A DNA stretch of 64,000 nucleotides from Candidatus Thalassarchaeaceae archaeon (lineage in GTDB: Archaea > Thermoplasmatota > Poseidoniia > Poseidoniales > Thalassarchaeaceae): contig JBKEHQ010000001.1 of assembly GCA_046710875.1 (NCBI GenBank), positions 1,119 through 65,118 on the forward strand, in the 5' to 3' direction. Below the pieces are notes generated by a model, which made no database searches, was not told where the DNA came from, and saw nothing but the letters and a program-made list of their open reading frames with translations. The translations under genes and the position numbers were made by a program. Numbering within the stretch: position 1 is the stretch's first letter; each line of letters begins with the position of its first letter. Below, one piece after another: positions 1-11,011 of this stretch.

Positions 1-1632
1 TTCTCTGTCTAATTTCTTTTGTATTGATCCAATTTCATCAGGAATCCCATCAAGTAATGCAATAAGCTCTTTTGATATTGTTGAAAGTACAGTATCATTT
101 GGAGAGTCTGAAATTGACATAAGAGCTTCTTTTCGCATATCTTCTAAAGTAGGTAACATTCCTATTGAAGATTTAGCCGAAATCATGTGCCAAATTAACA
201 AAACTCTTTCAGGATATACTTTTATCAAGGAGCGATTTTTAATTATAATTTTTGCAAGATTTTCAACATCAGCAGCCTCTGTAAATACATCTAAAATTTG
301 ACTTGTATGCCTTATATAATCCAACTTTGATAATTTTTCTGCAGCATTAATTTTTATCTCATAACTACAATAAAGATCGTTTGTCACAATTAAAAGACCC
401 TCATCATTTAGATTATTTAAAGATGAAATAATTAATTCTTCTATAGATAAATCATCAGCAGAATTAAGTTTTAATGCTATTTTAAGTTGATTATTATTTT
501 CAATCTGTAATATTTTTGCTACATCATCAGCCTCATCTAATTTTTCTTTTTCTTGAAGGGCAGAGACTAATTTCCAACCTAGTGAATTTGGTATTTTGGT
601 ACCAGATCCAGCCAAAGTCTCAATTCCATACTTTAAGTCTTCAATAGATAAATCATCTTCAATATTATTTATTTCTTTCCAAGCACAATTTCGTATTGCT
701 TGTGATAATAAGTCCTTTCCATGTATTTTTGAATCCTCTTTCCAATTTTCTAAATTTCCCATACGTAATTTTAGTAATCTAATATGTTTTTCTACTACTT
801 CTTTCATTGTTTTGTCAGTAATGTTTTCTAAAACTTGTATTGCATCTGGATTTTTCGAAGAGGCTAGTAAAATCCCTTCAATGAAAGCAATTTCATTATT
901 TTGATTCCTCAATGAAGGGCTCATCCATCCATTCCATTCACCATATCTTGGTTTTTTTCCTAAATCTTTCTCTATTTTTTGAATGACTTTCAATTGTTCT
1001 GTTTTAGCATTAAATGGTAAATCCAACTTTAGCCAGTTTCTTAGTGAGGTCGTATCTTCGGGATCGAAATAAGATGATTTAATCCAATTTGTTGAATCTA
1101 TATGTTTTTTACTGTTCTCACTAATTTTAAATCTACTTAATTCAGCAAAGAGTCCAGATTCTTTAGCTAATTTACTCCAAACTGGGTGAAGTCCTTTTTG
1201 GCACTCGGATCTTATTTCAATCATCTTTTCATTCCAATCAGATTTCCACAGATCTCCCATTTTATTTTGTTGAGCAATTAAAACTGCCAATTTGTAACCA
1301 GGAGCCTCATTTGAAAGAAATATATCTTGAGGTAATGCCAGATTATCTTCAAAACCTTTCCTTAGTCCTTTACCGCCGCGCCTCCCTATTTTTTTATTTA
1401 TTTTACGATTTTGAGTTACCGAACTCTTATCCTCATCTATATTTATTGTCGGCAAACCTTCTTTTTTTGCAGCAAGAGCCGCTAAAGCACGCCATTCCTT
1501 AGTCATAAGGTCCCAAGCAGAGATTTTCTGTACTCTGTTTAATCTCCTTATCTTATCATCACCAGATTGAGATAATGATTCTAGACATTCAAGTAGATAT
1601 TCCTCCAGTTGAAGACCTCCGATTAACGGTCC
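1..1632 (-). CDS. Large hypothetical alpha-helical protein, 3'-truncated by the window edge; start codon uncertain
   Basis: Not in the ORF track because it has no stop in the window. Manual translation of 1632-1321 and 300-1 is open in the same frame (GPLIGGLQLEEYLLECLESL...KEWRALAALAAKK...IGRRGGKG...VYPERVLLIWHMISAK...). The middle also reads as coding. First in-frame ATG at 1506; in-frame TGA at 1635-1633. Confidence 0.75.
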
Positions 1633-1716
1633 TCAACCTTCATACATCAATACATCCCCTACATACACACAATTCAGCAACAGAGACCTCAAGTCATATG
1701 CATACTTTCGAGCATC

Positions 1717-2184
1717 ATGGAATTACTACCAATCATCGTAATTCTCATTCATCCATTTGCTGCATTATTATTAATTATGATATTTATGACGCAACTAAAA
1801 TGGCGTAAAAAGAGGAAATTATTGAAAGGCGATGATCTAATTAAGGCAAATAGGAAACACATATCTGACGGTAATAAAATCATGTTATCTACTCTTTTTG
1901 TTATAGTATTGGCATTTATGGGTGAAATATCTAGGGCAATTTTTAATGATTTACCCTTTGACACATATATTTTACCAAATAATTTCCACTCATCAGGGGG
2001 ATTACTAGGATTACTCTTGATGTTAATTCTTTGGCTTACAGGGCATTCTACCAAAAGGAAGAAAGTAAGTAAGCAATCGTTTTCTAAAACTAGAGATACA
2101 CATGGTAGAATTGGGGATATAATGGCAATTCTTATATTAATTCATGCATTTTTAGGTTTTTTATATCTTTTACAAATTATTTAG
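1717..2184 (+). CDS. Hypothetical 4-TM membrane protein with His residues in the helices (DUF4079/cytochrome b-like)
   Basis: Four hydrophobic segments with HP, H, HSSGG, HGRIG and H positions; no firm family assignment. Confidence 0.6.
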   Translation: MELLPIIVILIHPFAALLLIMIFMTQLKWRKKRKLLKGDDLIKANRKHISDGNKIMLSTLFVIVLAFMGEISRAIFNDLPFDTYILPNNFHSSGGLLGLLLMLILWLTGHSTKRKKVSKQSFSKTRDTHGRIGDIMAILILIHAFLGFLYLLQII

Positions 2185-3161
2185 TTTGTATTCCACATTT
2201 CAACCCATGCCTTTATGTTTCTTTCTATATCTAAATTATCTAATTCCCTACTCACTAATATTCCGTCATCTAGGGGCATAATTCTACATCCACAAGCATT
2301 TTCATGCCCGCCACCATCAACATCAAACCTTTTTGCCATTTTTATCAAATTATATATTCCTCCGGTAGTATGTAAGAAAGAATTAGTATAAAATGATGCA
2401 GAAACAGGATATTCTCCATTATTATTAAATTTTGAATTTGTATATCCATGTATTATTATGCATGCATCACAATCATCTCCTACTTTAGCAGTTATATGAT
2501 AACCATTGGACCTTATCCCAGAATCTTCAAATCTAACTATTGCTAATCTATTGTTGACTTCTAAGGTTCTATCGATTAAACTATCAATCATTATCCTTTC
2601 ATCTTGAATATTCTTGAGGTGAGGCCACATCATCTTCTTAGAAAGTATATTTTTAATAGATTCTCGATTTTTAATTGCTTCAAGTATTTGTAAATTAATA
2701 ATTTGATTACTACCAATCAATTTTCCAATTAAAAATACATCTCCACCTTCTAAAAACTCCTCCTTCTTTATATGTCCACTATCAATTTTATCAACCCAAA
2801 ATAACAATTCTTCCAAATCAGATAAATCAATGACTTCAGATATAATTTCATACGCAATACGTGCAGCAGAAGGATAATCTTTCCAAATAAATATGCCATT
2901 TGTTTGCAAATCATCTATTATTTTATTTGTCTGATGATGGTCAATATTTAGCCCACATTTGGGATGCATTGGTAAATCACATATTGCCGTGTATTTATCT
3001 ATCAACCCATCTAAAATTCCAGAACGCAACTCACCCGGATGAGCAAAAATAATTTCTGCATCCTTCCAATGTCTCTTTAAAATAGCAGCCGTCACAACTC
3101 CATCTAAATCACTATCAGTTACAATCTTCCTGATATCTAGGGATAGAACGGGTGAATTCAT
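2181..3161 (-). CDS. DHH/DHHA1 family phosphoesterase
   Basis: DSDLDG, ICDL, IDHH and GGGHENACG motifs. Confidence 0.85.
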   Translation of the reverse strand: MNSPVLSLDIRKIVTDSDLDGVVTAAILKRHWKDAEIIFAHPGELRSGILDGLIDKYTAICDLPMHPKCGLNIDHHQTNKIIDDLQTNGIFIWKDYPSAARIAYEIISEVIDLSDLEELLFWVDKIDSGHIKKEEFLEGGDVFLIGKLIGSNQIINLQILEAIKNRESIKNILSKKMMWPHLKNIQDERIMIDSLIDRTLEVNNRLAIVRFEDSGIRSNGYHITAKVGDDCDACIIIHGYTNSKFNNNGEYPVSASFYTNSFLHTTGGIYNLIKMAKRFDVDGGGHENACGCRIMPLDDGILVSRELDNLDIERNIKAWVEMWNTN

Positions 3162-3275
3162 TTTTAATGCTAAAAGAGTTATACCATTGTACTTTACTTA
3201 AAAATGTTCAAAATAATCTTATAATTTATATTTTTTATACAAAATTACGATATGTAAACCCATCATGCCACATCC

Positions 3276-3683
3276 ATGGAAACATCTTGTGGATTTGTTT
3301 TAGTCAATTATGATAGCATTCTTTTACTTCAATACCCCCAAGGTCACTGGAGTTTTCCAAAGGGGCATATCGAAGATGATGATGATGATCACCATTCAAC
3401 TGCATTAAGAGAATTGATAGAAGAAACCGGTATAAAAGAAATAATCATAGACAAAAATTGGAATTTTCGTACAGATTACACATTCAAAAGAAAGGGAAAG
3501 GAAATTCCAAAGCAGGTATTTTGGTTTTTAGCTGAAACTGATGAGTTGGAAGTAAAACTTTCCCATGAACATACTAATTATTTATGGCTAAATTTTGAAG
3601 ATTGTGAAAAACAATTAACTTTTAGGCAAGAAAAAATACTTCTTCAATCTGCGCGTAATTATAGAGAAAAAATCAAAAAATAA
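3276..3683 (+). CDS. NUDIX hydrolase, Ap4A hydrolase-like
   Basis: HWSFPKGH...TALRELIEETGI Nudix box; LSHEH motif. Confidence 0.9.
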   Translation: METSCGFVLVNYDSILLLQYPQGHWSFPKGHIEDDDDDHHSTALRELIEETGIKEIIIDKNWNFRTDYTFKRKGKEIPKQVFWFLAETDELEVKLSHEHTNYLWLNFEDCEKQLTFRQEKILLQSARNYREKIKK

Positions 3684-3685
3684 AT

Positions 3686-4306
3686 CTAGCTATTATCAGA
3701 TCTTTTACCAAGAGGGGTCCAAAGAACTTCCTCATCACCACACTTTGCACTTATCCAGCGGCCCATTACAAACATCCAATCTGATAATCGATTTAGATAA
3801 GAGATTATTTCTAATCTAAGCGAATCTTTTCCAGACTTTTCTCTCATAAGGCATGCAAGCCTTTCAGCTCTTCTTGCCACAGTTCTTGAAACATGTAATG
3901 CAGCAACAGGTGCAGAGCCAGTTGGCATAATAAATGACTCAAGCGGATCTACGTCCTCCAACCAACTATTCATCTCATCAACTAAATTTTCACCTTCTGC
4001 CATCCCAATTAATACCATCATTTTTGGCAATTTCCCAGGCGTACATGCACACTCACCACCAATATCAAATAATTCTTGCTGAACTCGTCCCAATGAGATA
4101 TCAGTACTTATTTTAACTTCTTTAGGGGCATCATATCTTTTTATCTCCATCCTCACGACCCCTATTTGTGAATTTAATTCATCAATAGTGCCATATAATT
4201 CTACACGCGAATCTCCTTTACCAACCCTTTTTCCATCTACTAAGGATGTTTCACCTGCATCTCCTCCTCCAGTATGCACTTTAGTAATCCGAACCATTTT
4301 ATTCAT
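3686..4306 (-). CDS. pduO: ATP:cob(I)alamin adenosyltransferase, PduO type
   Basis: KVHTGGGDAGET, YGTIDELNS, RTVARRAER and YLNRLSDW motifs; start may be 4297. Confidence 0.92.
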   Translation of the reverse strand: MNKMVRITKVHTGGGDAGETSLVDGKRVGKGDSRVELYGTIDELNSQIGVVRMEIKRYDAPKEVKISTDISLGRVQQELFDIGGECACTPGKLPKMMVLIGMAEGENLVDEMNSWLEDVDPLESFIMPTGSAPVAALHVSRTVARRAERLACLMREKSGKDSLRLEIISYLNRLSDWMFVMGRWISAKCGDEEVLWTPLGKRSDNS

Positions 4307-4343
4307 CGGAAAGGCTATGATATTTTGAATAGTTCGTGTATTC

Positions 4344-5051
4344 TTATAGAGATATATCCGTTAAGGATTTTTTTATTGCATCAGTCCATGACTTATCAAC
4401 TGCATTCCACCCTCCTCCTTTTTCTAATTCTATTAAATGACGCTCTTTTTCTAATTTATTTCCTATTTTATCATATATTAATATTAAAACCGCGTGACTC
4501 ATAGCATTTAACCACGGATCATTCATATCCCATGATTTTTCAAAGTGAGCAATTGCTCCATTATCGCCATATATTAATCCTCTATTAATTTGTCTTAACC
4601 CGGACTTTGACCATGAAATACCAGGGACTCCAACAACCAATCCTCTAAACGCAAGATATATTTCTAATGTAATTATAAGAGACGCTATTATGAATGAAAT
4701 TATCTGTTCTGTAGATGTGGTAGATATCCAATTTTTAGTAAGTAGATCTATAGAACCTATGCAGAATAAAACTCCACTAAATGGTGCTAAAATAACATCA
4801 TGTTTTGTAATTACCATATGCCTTACGCCAAAAATAACTCCCAATCCGCCTAAAAATGTTGAAATTAGTGCCGGTATTTCCTCCATGGTCTCTCTTGGTG
4901 CGGTACTTGAAATCCAAAATACTACTCCAAAAGATATGAGTAACCATCCATACTTTCCACCTATTTCCGGAAATGGTTGATAATTACTGTAGTAAAGTAC
5001 TACGCCCCCAATCATGATGTATAATAAAATCCAAATACTCAAAGAAATCAT
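4344..5051 (-). CDS. Hypothetical membrane protein (about 5 TM) with a C-terminal TPR-like helical region
   Basis: Hydrophobic N-terminal two-thirds; start overlaps the stop of the upstream gene. Confidence 0.7.
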   Translation of the reverse strand: MISLSIWILLYIMIGGVVLYYSNYQPFPEIGGKYGWLLISFGVVFWISSTAPRETMEEIPALISTFLGGLGVIFGVRHMVITKHDVILAPFSGVLFCIGSIDLLTKNWISTTSTEQIISFIIASLIITLEIYLAFRGLVVGVPGISWSKSGLRQINRGLIYGDNGAIAHFEKSWDMNDPWLNAMSHAVLILIYDKIGNKLEKERHLIELEKGGGWNAVDKSWTDAIKKSLTDISL

Positions 5052-5371
5052 TCTTCAACCACTTCGTCCTTCCAACCAGGCTCCCAAAATTTATCATTAT
5101 CTAACCATTCCAACCATTCTTTTACGTCTGATCTTAAAAGCCTAAAAGCCCGTCTATCTAACCCATCTAATAGTAAATCACTAATTTCACTTTTTTTGTG
5201 AGCATCCAACCATTCGATTTGCATTTCCCTAACTTTGCGCTGCCCTTCTATGTGGTTATCAAATGACATTTCACAAAGTTCTCTCAAGTCTTGTAGCCAC
5301 ATTCTAGCACCTCTCATGTGAGGTTCTTCAGCCAATGGTTTTGCCTTTCGCCGACGCCGCCATCTGCTCAT
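5048..5371 (-). CDS. Hypothetical Trp-rich protein with an Arg-rich N-terminus
   Basis: 107-aa ORF coupled to the next gene. Confidence 0.65.
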   Translation of the reverse strand: MSRWRRRRKAKPLAEEPHMRGARMWLQDLRELCEMSFDNHIEGQRKVREMQIEWLDAHKKSEISDLLLDGLDRRAFRLLRSDVKEWLEWLDNDKFWEPGWKDEVVEE

Positions 5372-5444
5372 ATCATGTAATCCTGAATGTATTTATTCTT
5401 GATGCTTTGCGAACCACTATTACCGAGCTGCTCTTGGTTATATC

Positions 5445-5879
5445 GTGGGTAGGATAGTTGTATATCTATATGGTAAACCAAAAGAAAAATCATATTTGAC
5501 TATAATTAATGAATATTATAAGCGATTAAAAGGTAAAGGTATTTCATTATCATATTATTCAGATAAAAACAAATCTATTGATTATGAGCATATGCTTTTG
5601 AATCTTAAGGGTAATTTGATACTAATAGATGAAAATGGAGAAAAATTATCTAGCAAAGACTTATCAGTATTAATTTCTAAAACAATGATGGATCATTCTA
5701 CAACCAACTTTGCATTAGGGCCTCCAGATGGATTTAATAAGGAATTTAAATCTAAAATCCATCACTCAATTTCACTTTCACCAATGACATTTCCACATGA
5801 AATGGCCGCATCAATTTTTATTGAACAATTGTATCGTGCTACTGAAATAATAAAAGGAACTACATATCATAGGGAATAA
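5445..5879 (+). CDS. rlmH: 23S rRNA (pseudouridine1915-N3)-methyltransferase, SPOUT family
   Basis: LIDENG, FALGPPDGF, SLSPMTFPHEMA, EQLYRA and C-terminal YHRE motifs. Confidence 0.9.
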   Translation: MGRIVVYLYGKPKEKSYLTIINEYYKRLKGKGISLSYYSDKNKSIDYEHMLLNLKGNLILIDENGEKLSSKDLSVLISKTMMDHSTTNFALGPPDGFNKEFKSKIHHSISLSPMTFPHEMAASIFIEQLYRATEIIKGTTYHRE

Positions 5880-5899
5880 TTGCTGTATAATATACTAAT

Positions 5900-6685
5900 T
5901 TATATCTTATTCATAGATTTTGAAATAATTTTTAATGCATCTCTTAGTGTTGATTCATTATCCCATTCTTTGATTTCATAATCCTTAATTATTATTTCAT
6001 TCAAAATTAAATTAGCAGCTCTTGAAACTTCATCAACAATAGTCACAGACGCTTTCCTCGCAGTTCTTGATAACGGATTTAAATCTATTACTAAAACTTC
6101 TTTTCCAAGTGCAACAAGCGCTTCACACCTATCCCCATCCTCGAGTGGAACTAATACTGTTTTTGAGCGTTGAATTCCTTCAGAGGAGCAAATTGCTCTA
6201 GGGCCTTCTAAACCAATGATTACACCATCATTTTCTTGTCCTAGTAGTCTAACGGAATTAACTGATTTATCCCAATCACCAATCCATCCTTCTGGACAAG
6301 CCTCTTTAGCAACTTTATTTTTTTGCTCGTTTAACAGTCGTAATAATTTTAATATCCTCTCTTCTGTTCTATAGTAGAGATTTATTTCTATTGGGCACTC
6401 CAAAACAGCCGCAATACGTATCAAATCTTCTCCTGCTAATACTACTGTATTCCCATTTACAGATATGATTGGATTTTTTGATTTATTTAGTCTATATGCA
6501 ACTTCTTTTATCGCTAATTTAGCAGATTTAGAGGTTTCTTCACCTAATAGATAGTCAAACGCCTCACCTCTTCCATGGGCGATCATTGCCGAATGGGCCA
6601 AAAGACCATTATTAGATGCTTCAACTAACTTTTCCCTAGCAATCAAAGATCTATATCTTGGATGACTTTTTGATATATCAGACAT
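5900..6685 (-). CDS. Archaeal 4-phosphopantoate--beta-alanine ligase (phosphopantothenate synthetase)
   Basis: SHPRYRSL, AHGRGEAFDYLLGE, SVNGN, VPLEDGDR and IDLNPLSRTA motifs; start placed at MSDISKSH. Confidence 0.92.
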   Translation of the reverse strand: MSDISKSHPRYRSLIAREKLVEASNNGLLAHSAMIAHGRGEAFDYLLGEETSKSAKLAIKEVAYRLNKSKNPIISVNGNTVVLAGEDLIRIAAVLECPIEINLYYRTEERILKLLRLLNEQKNKVAKEACPEGWIGDWDKSVNSVRLLGQENDGVIIGLEGPRAICSSEGIQRSKTVLVPLEDGDRCEALVALGKEVLVIDLNPLSRTARKASVTIVDEVSRAANLILNEIIIKDYEIKEWDNESTLRDALKIISKSMNKI

Positions 6686-7619
6686 TAGTATCCTCCTCAA
6701 ATATCATTGATAAATCCAGAGGACGAACTCCTCTATTTAGTCCACTTGATGAAATCAATTCAATCTCACTTTCAGACCACTCTTCAAGAGAATTCATATC
6801 AATATTTCCTGACCCCTCCAATATGCAATAATCTCGGAGATTTTTACTTGATAATGATAAAGAAATATTCTTTGCAATTTTGGGGCCGACATTATCTAAT
6901 AACAATACTATCTTATCACTTTTATTCAATATATTTTTCCAAACATCCACAACAATAATTGCATCGATTAAATTTTGAACTTCAACAATAACAAACTCTT
7001 CTTGAGTTATACTAATATTACTCATGACTCGTTTAATTGTTTCAGAATTACTTTCATTATGGAATTTTAGAGATATGAAATCATTTTCTTTCATCATTAA
7101 TGCATCATTTCTATTTAGTCTATGCGTCAATCCCCCTCCAACATGTATTGCCCATTTGTCTAATAGGCCCCAATCTGTTTTACGAGTAGCTGCTAATTTT
7201 ATGTTAGAAGATTTTTTTGTCCAATTATTTGTATTGGTTGCAATTCCGGACAGATTCCCCAAAATATTCAACATAATTCGTTCAATTCTTAGTATTTCAA
7301 TTGATTCACCGGTTATAGTGACAATAATTTGGCCACTTTTTACATCTTCACCTTCATCAATATTCCATGATATTGCACATTTAGAAAAATGGCGTTCAAT
7401 TAATCTATTTATGATTGGTTTGCCACAAATAACACCATCTTCTTTTACAATAATATTAGCTTTAATAATTCCTTTAGATCCACTACCTCCTCCTTGTTCA
7501 TCGAATAACATTGCATCTATCCAACCATCCATGGATTCTATGAATAAAGAAGTAGGAGAACCATCTAATATATGTCCATTCCACAGGAGCTTTGAACGGT
7601 CATGAGGCAACCTTCCCAT
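6678..7619 (-). CDS. nadC: Quinolinate phosphoribosyltransferase (nicotinate-nucleotide pyrophosphorylase)
   Basis: ERIMLN..LSGIAT, ATRKT, GGGLTHRL, MMKEN and LLLDN motifs. Confidence 0.85.
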   Translation of the reverse strand: MGRLPHDRSKLLWNGHILDGSPTSLFIESMDGWIDAMLFDEQGGGSGSKGIIKANIIVKEDGVICGKPIINRLIERHFSKCAISWNIDEGEDVKSGQIIVTITGESIEILRIERIMLNILGNLSGIATNTNNWTKKSSNIKLAATRKTDWGLLDKWAIHVGGGLTHRLNRNDALMMKENDFISLKFHNESNSETIKRVMSNISITQEEFVIVEVQNLIDAIIVVDVWKNILNKSDKIVLLLDNVGPKIAKNISLSLSSKNLRDYCILEGSGNIDMNSLEEWSESEIELISSSGLNRGVRPLDLSMIFEEDTNV

Positions 7620-7674
7620 GCCAATCCGTAGAGAACCCCTATCTTGAATAGTTGTATTTCATTGATAAATATTT

Positions 7675-7929
7675 TTAATCAGAATTATTTTTTTCAATCA
7701 CGCTTAGACTCAAATCAGCCGCAGATAAACAAACTAATAAATCATCAATGGTCGATCTAATACTCTTTAAATTACTAGAGGACACTTTTATTATTAATTT
7801 TGCACTATCCTTACTCTCAATAACCTCAGCAAGAAAAGATTCAGGATCATCTGGAGATATAGAAGATATAAGTAACTCTGCATGTCTTTTTGTACCAGTC
7901 CATTCAATCTCCACCTCCACAGTTTCCAT
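7675..7929 (-). CDS. pcc1: KEOPS complex subunit Pcc1
   Basis: 84 aa; SISPD...LIIKVSSSNLKSIRSTIDDLL pattern typical of Pcc1. Confidence 0.75.
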   Translation of the reverse strand: METVEVEIEWTGTKRHAELLISSISPDDPESFLAEVIESKDSAKLIIKVSSSNLKSIRSTIDDLLVCLSAADLSLSVIEKNNSD

Positions 7930-7997
7930 GAAGTCCGTAAAGCGTACCTCTTTTCATTTGTACTGGTATTATATCAGAAAGGTCGCCCCGAATAAAC

Positions 7998-9653
7998 ATG
8001 GTACGGGAACTCATAAGGCTCGAGGAGGTCCACCGTGCTTTTGGTCCCGTAAAAGTATTGGAAGGAGTTAATTTACGGATCGATGAAGGTGATAGAATCG
8101 GAATTGTGGGCCATAATGGTGCAGGTAAAACTACGTTGCTACGAACGATAAGTAACCAGAATCAAGACCTTGGAGATATCTTTTTTGCAGCAGGATTGAG
8201 ACTTGCATTTTTAACCCAAATAAGAGATTTAAATGAAAATGCTACTTTGGGTGAAGAACTAAATCGAAGAGGTAGGCAATTTCAAGAAATTGAAGATGAA
8301 ATCAATCAATTAGAAGCAAAAATGGCCACTCCTTCTTTTTATGAAGGTGATTGGCAACCAGATATGGATAGATATCAAGAATTACAGAGTCTTATGGCAC
8401 GTTCTGGAGGTGGTGATGTAGCAGGGCATGCACAAGAAATTCTTAAAGCATTAGACCTATCTCACCATCAATTAGATACAAAACTTTCATTTTTATCAGG
8501 TGGAGAACGTGCAAAGGTAGCACTTGCAAGGCAATTAGTGGGATTAAATGAAATTGATGTTTTCTTCCTTGATGAACCAACAAATCATTTAGATTTACAT
8601 ACTCTAGATTGGTTAGAAAATTTTCTAACTAGATTTAATGGGGCACTACTCATTGTTAGTCACGATAGATATTTCTTAGATAGAGTTTGTAATAATGTTG
8701 TAGAAGTTCAAGACGCGCACACAAAGGGATTTAAGGGAAATTATTCTTCATATTTAAAACAAAAAGAATTATTTTTACAAACCTTAAATGACAGAATCGA
8801 AAAGACCCAAAAAGAATTGAAACGAGTAAAAGGAGCAATGCAATCTATGAAAAGTTCAAATAAATATGATAAATCAGTTTCTCAAAAGCATGTCATGATT
8901 ACTCGTACACAAAGAGAATTAAGTTGGCTTAAATCAATTAAACCTAATCTAAGAAAACCTCTTATGTTTAACATGAAAGCAACTGAGAAAAGTAGTTTAG
9001 AAGTATTAGATTTCAAAAAGGCACATTTGACTTTTGATAACCTCACTCGTCCCATAATTAGAGGTCTAGATATAGGAGTTAGAAGAGGGCAAAAAATAGG
9101 AATAATAGGCCCAAATGGAGCAGGTAAAACTACTTTGCTAAGAATAATAAATGGGGAATTAAGATTAGATTCTGGTGAAATAGACGTACGTCCGGGGGTA
9201 CAAATAGGATACTTCCATCAAGATCATAGATTGTTAAATTTCGATTTTACACCTATTGAACAGATTCAATTTTTAAAGCCCAGAATGGAATATGCAGACA
9301 TACGCTCCATGCTAGGTCAGTTTCAATTTACCTCAGATATGGCTAAAACAAAACTGGAAAAATTAAGTGGAGGAGAAAGAGCGAGAATAGCACTTCTATG
9401 TTTATTATTGGAAGAAAATAATTTACTATTATTAGATGAACCCACTAATCATTTAGATACTGATGCTAAAGAAGCGCTAGAAGGCGCATTAATTGGATAT
9501 GAGGGTGGAATAATTACAGTTAGCCATGATAGATATTTCTTAGATAAAGTATGTGATACAATATGGGAATTAACTGGAGATGGGAGCTTATTTGTATGGC
9601 CGGGCAATTATTCTGATTACATAAGAAGAAAAACTCAACAATCAGAATCTTAA
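7998..9653 (+). CDS. ABC-F family ribosome-associated ATPase
   Basis: Two NBDs (GHNGAGKT, GPNGAGKT), LSGGE twice, LDEPTNHLD twice, SHDRYFLD twice, no TM segments. Confidence 0.93.
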   Translation: MVRELIRLEEVHRAFGPVKVLEGVNLRIDEGDRIGIVGHNGAGKTTLLRTISNQNQDLGDIFFAAGLRLAFLTQIRDLNENATLGEELNRRGRQFQEIEDEINQLEAKMATPSFYEGDWQPDMDRYQELQSLMARSGGGDVAGHAQEILKALDLSHHQLDTKLSFLSGGERAKVALARQLVGLNEIDVFFLDEPTNHLDLHTLDWLENFLTRFNGALLIVSHDRYFLDRVCNNVVEVQDAHTKGFKGNYSSYLKQKELFLQTLNDRIEKTQKELKRVKGAMQSMKSSNKYDKSVSQKHVMITRTQRELSWLKSIKPNLRKPLMFNMKATEKSSLEVLDFKKAHLTFDNLTRPIIRGLDIGVRRGQKIGIIGPNGAGKTTLLRIINGELRLDSGEIDVRPGVQIGYFHQDHRLLNFDFTPIEQIQFLKPRMEYADIRSMLGQFQFTSDMAKTKLEKLSGGERARIALLCLLLEENNLLLLDEPTNHLDTDAKEALEGALIGYEGGIITVSHDRYFLDKVCDTIWELTGDGSLFVWPGNYSDYIRRKTQQSES

Positions 9654-9691
9654 TATTGGATTCAGATTATAATTAAATTTAGATATTTAAA

Positions 9692-10870
9692 TCAGACGCC
9701 CCAAAATCTATTTCCATTATTAACTTCATCACCTTCTTCAAACGATTGAACCACAGTTCTCAATAAATAATAGAGTACAGTTGCCATGATTGGGACAAAC
9801 CATGTCTCAGATATTTCTCCAAATGCCAAACTATAATCATCACCAGACAACTCTGTTAGAAGAACTTCAATTACAGCCTTCGTCATTGTATATATTACTG
9901 CTCCAAGCCCAATTAATTGTATACTTCTTCCTGTAAATGTTCCTTCTTTCCATCTGAGAACACCTATGGATAGCGCAAATGAAAATATAGACACTACGAT
10001 CCAAGTAAGTGCCTGATCGAATGCAATTACCCATACTGCCATATCTCGATTTACCGAATCTAAATCAAATACAGTTATATTGCTGTAACCTTGTTCAACA
10101 TATTTATTTAATTCTGCAGTAGTTCCAGTTAAAACTTGCCAAACCGTGAGAATCGAAAATAGGACTGATACAATGGCAAGGGCCCATAGTAAGGAAGACC
10201 AAATACCACCGGTTGCACTTTCTCGCATATCATTTAATAACCGATCAAGTTGTTGTTCCAATCCTAATCCTTTTGTCAAAACCCATATTCCCATTATTAA
10301 TGGCATTGCACCTATCAATATTCCTCCATTAGGTAAAATTATGCCTAATCCAAAAATCATTAGAAATATGGCCAATGGAACTAATAAACGTGCTCGCCAT
10401 CTTGGATCTTCAACTGCTTTCACTATGTAATAATAGGTACTTTCTATTCCTCTATTTTGCCTAACAATTATCTTTTCGATATGATCGACTCTTAACCTTG
10501 ATGTTATTATTGGAAGCGAAGCCTCATCGTCAGCTCCATCAGTGACTAAAACTGCTGAATCAGGCTGAAATTCTTGAATGACTTCTTCCAATTGGCTTGC
10601 TATGGCCCTATCACTACGGGGTCCAACACGGACATCCCCAGTCAATATTGCAATTTCTACTTCATCATTTCCCTTCGCATTTTCTATCATTTTATCATGA
10701 TGATGTAAAGCACCAAATATAGCATTGGTATCAGATTCTTCTGGATCGGCAATTCCTAATCTTAATACAGCATTAAGAGCATTTTTTCTACCAATAACGG
10801 GGCCTCTAATCCCAGACTTCACTCCGAGATCATTATCTCTGTCAACAGTCATTACTAGAGTTCTTACCAT
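9692..10870 (-). CDS. DUF373 family archaeal membrane protein
   Basis: VDRDNDLG, ADPEESDTN and VTDGADDE motifs followed by multiple TMs. Confidence 0.85.
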   Translation of the reverse strand: MVRTLVMTVDRDNDLGVKSGIRGPVIGRKNALNAVLRLGIADPEESDTNAIFGALHHHDKMIENAKGNDEVEIAILTGDVRVGPRSDRAIASQLEEVIQEFQPDSAVLVTDGADDEASLPIITSRLRVDHIEKIIVRQNRGIESTYYYIVKAVEDPRWRARLLVPLAIFLMIFGLGIILPNGGILIGAMPLIMGIWVLTKGLGLEQQLDRLLNDMRESATGGIWSSLLWALAIVSVLFSILTVWQVLTGTTAELNKYVEQGYSNITVFDLDSVNRDMAVWVIAFDQALTWIVVSIFSFALSIGVLRWKEGTFTGRSIQLIGLGAVIYTMTKAVIEVLLTELSGDDYSLAFGEISETWFVPIMATVLYYLLRTVVQSFEEGDEVNNGNRFWGV

Positions 10871-11011
10871 ATGTATCCCCGTCGTGTTAGCATGCTATAC
10901 ATGGAAGTTACCTATGAAGAATTTGTTATTTTGCTCAATTCAATTAGAGTAAATCTTGAGTTTTAATTTATTTTATTTATTTACATAATGAATTTTATAA
11001 TAATATTCATA

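Noticed and set aside
1633..1635. In-frame TGA as selenocysteine
   Set aside because: No redox-motif context and no Sec machinery in the window; an indel or alternative start is simpler
3375..3389. (GAT)5 microsatellite in the NUDIX gene
   Set aside because: Short in-frame Asp run; no evidence for phase variation
7024..7605. Long antisense ORFs (also 596-904, 12990-13478, 36063-36677, 45887-46345, 57128-57757 and many shorter ones)
   Set aside because: Shadow frames opposite well-supported genes, with no motifs of their own
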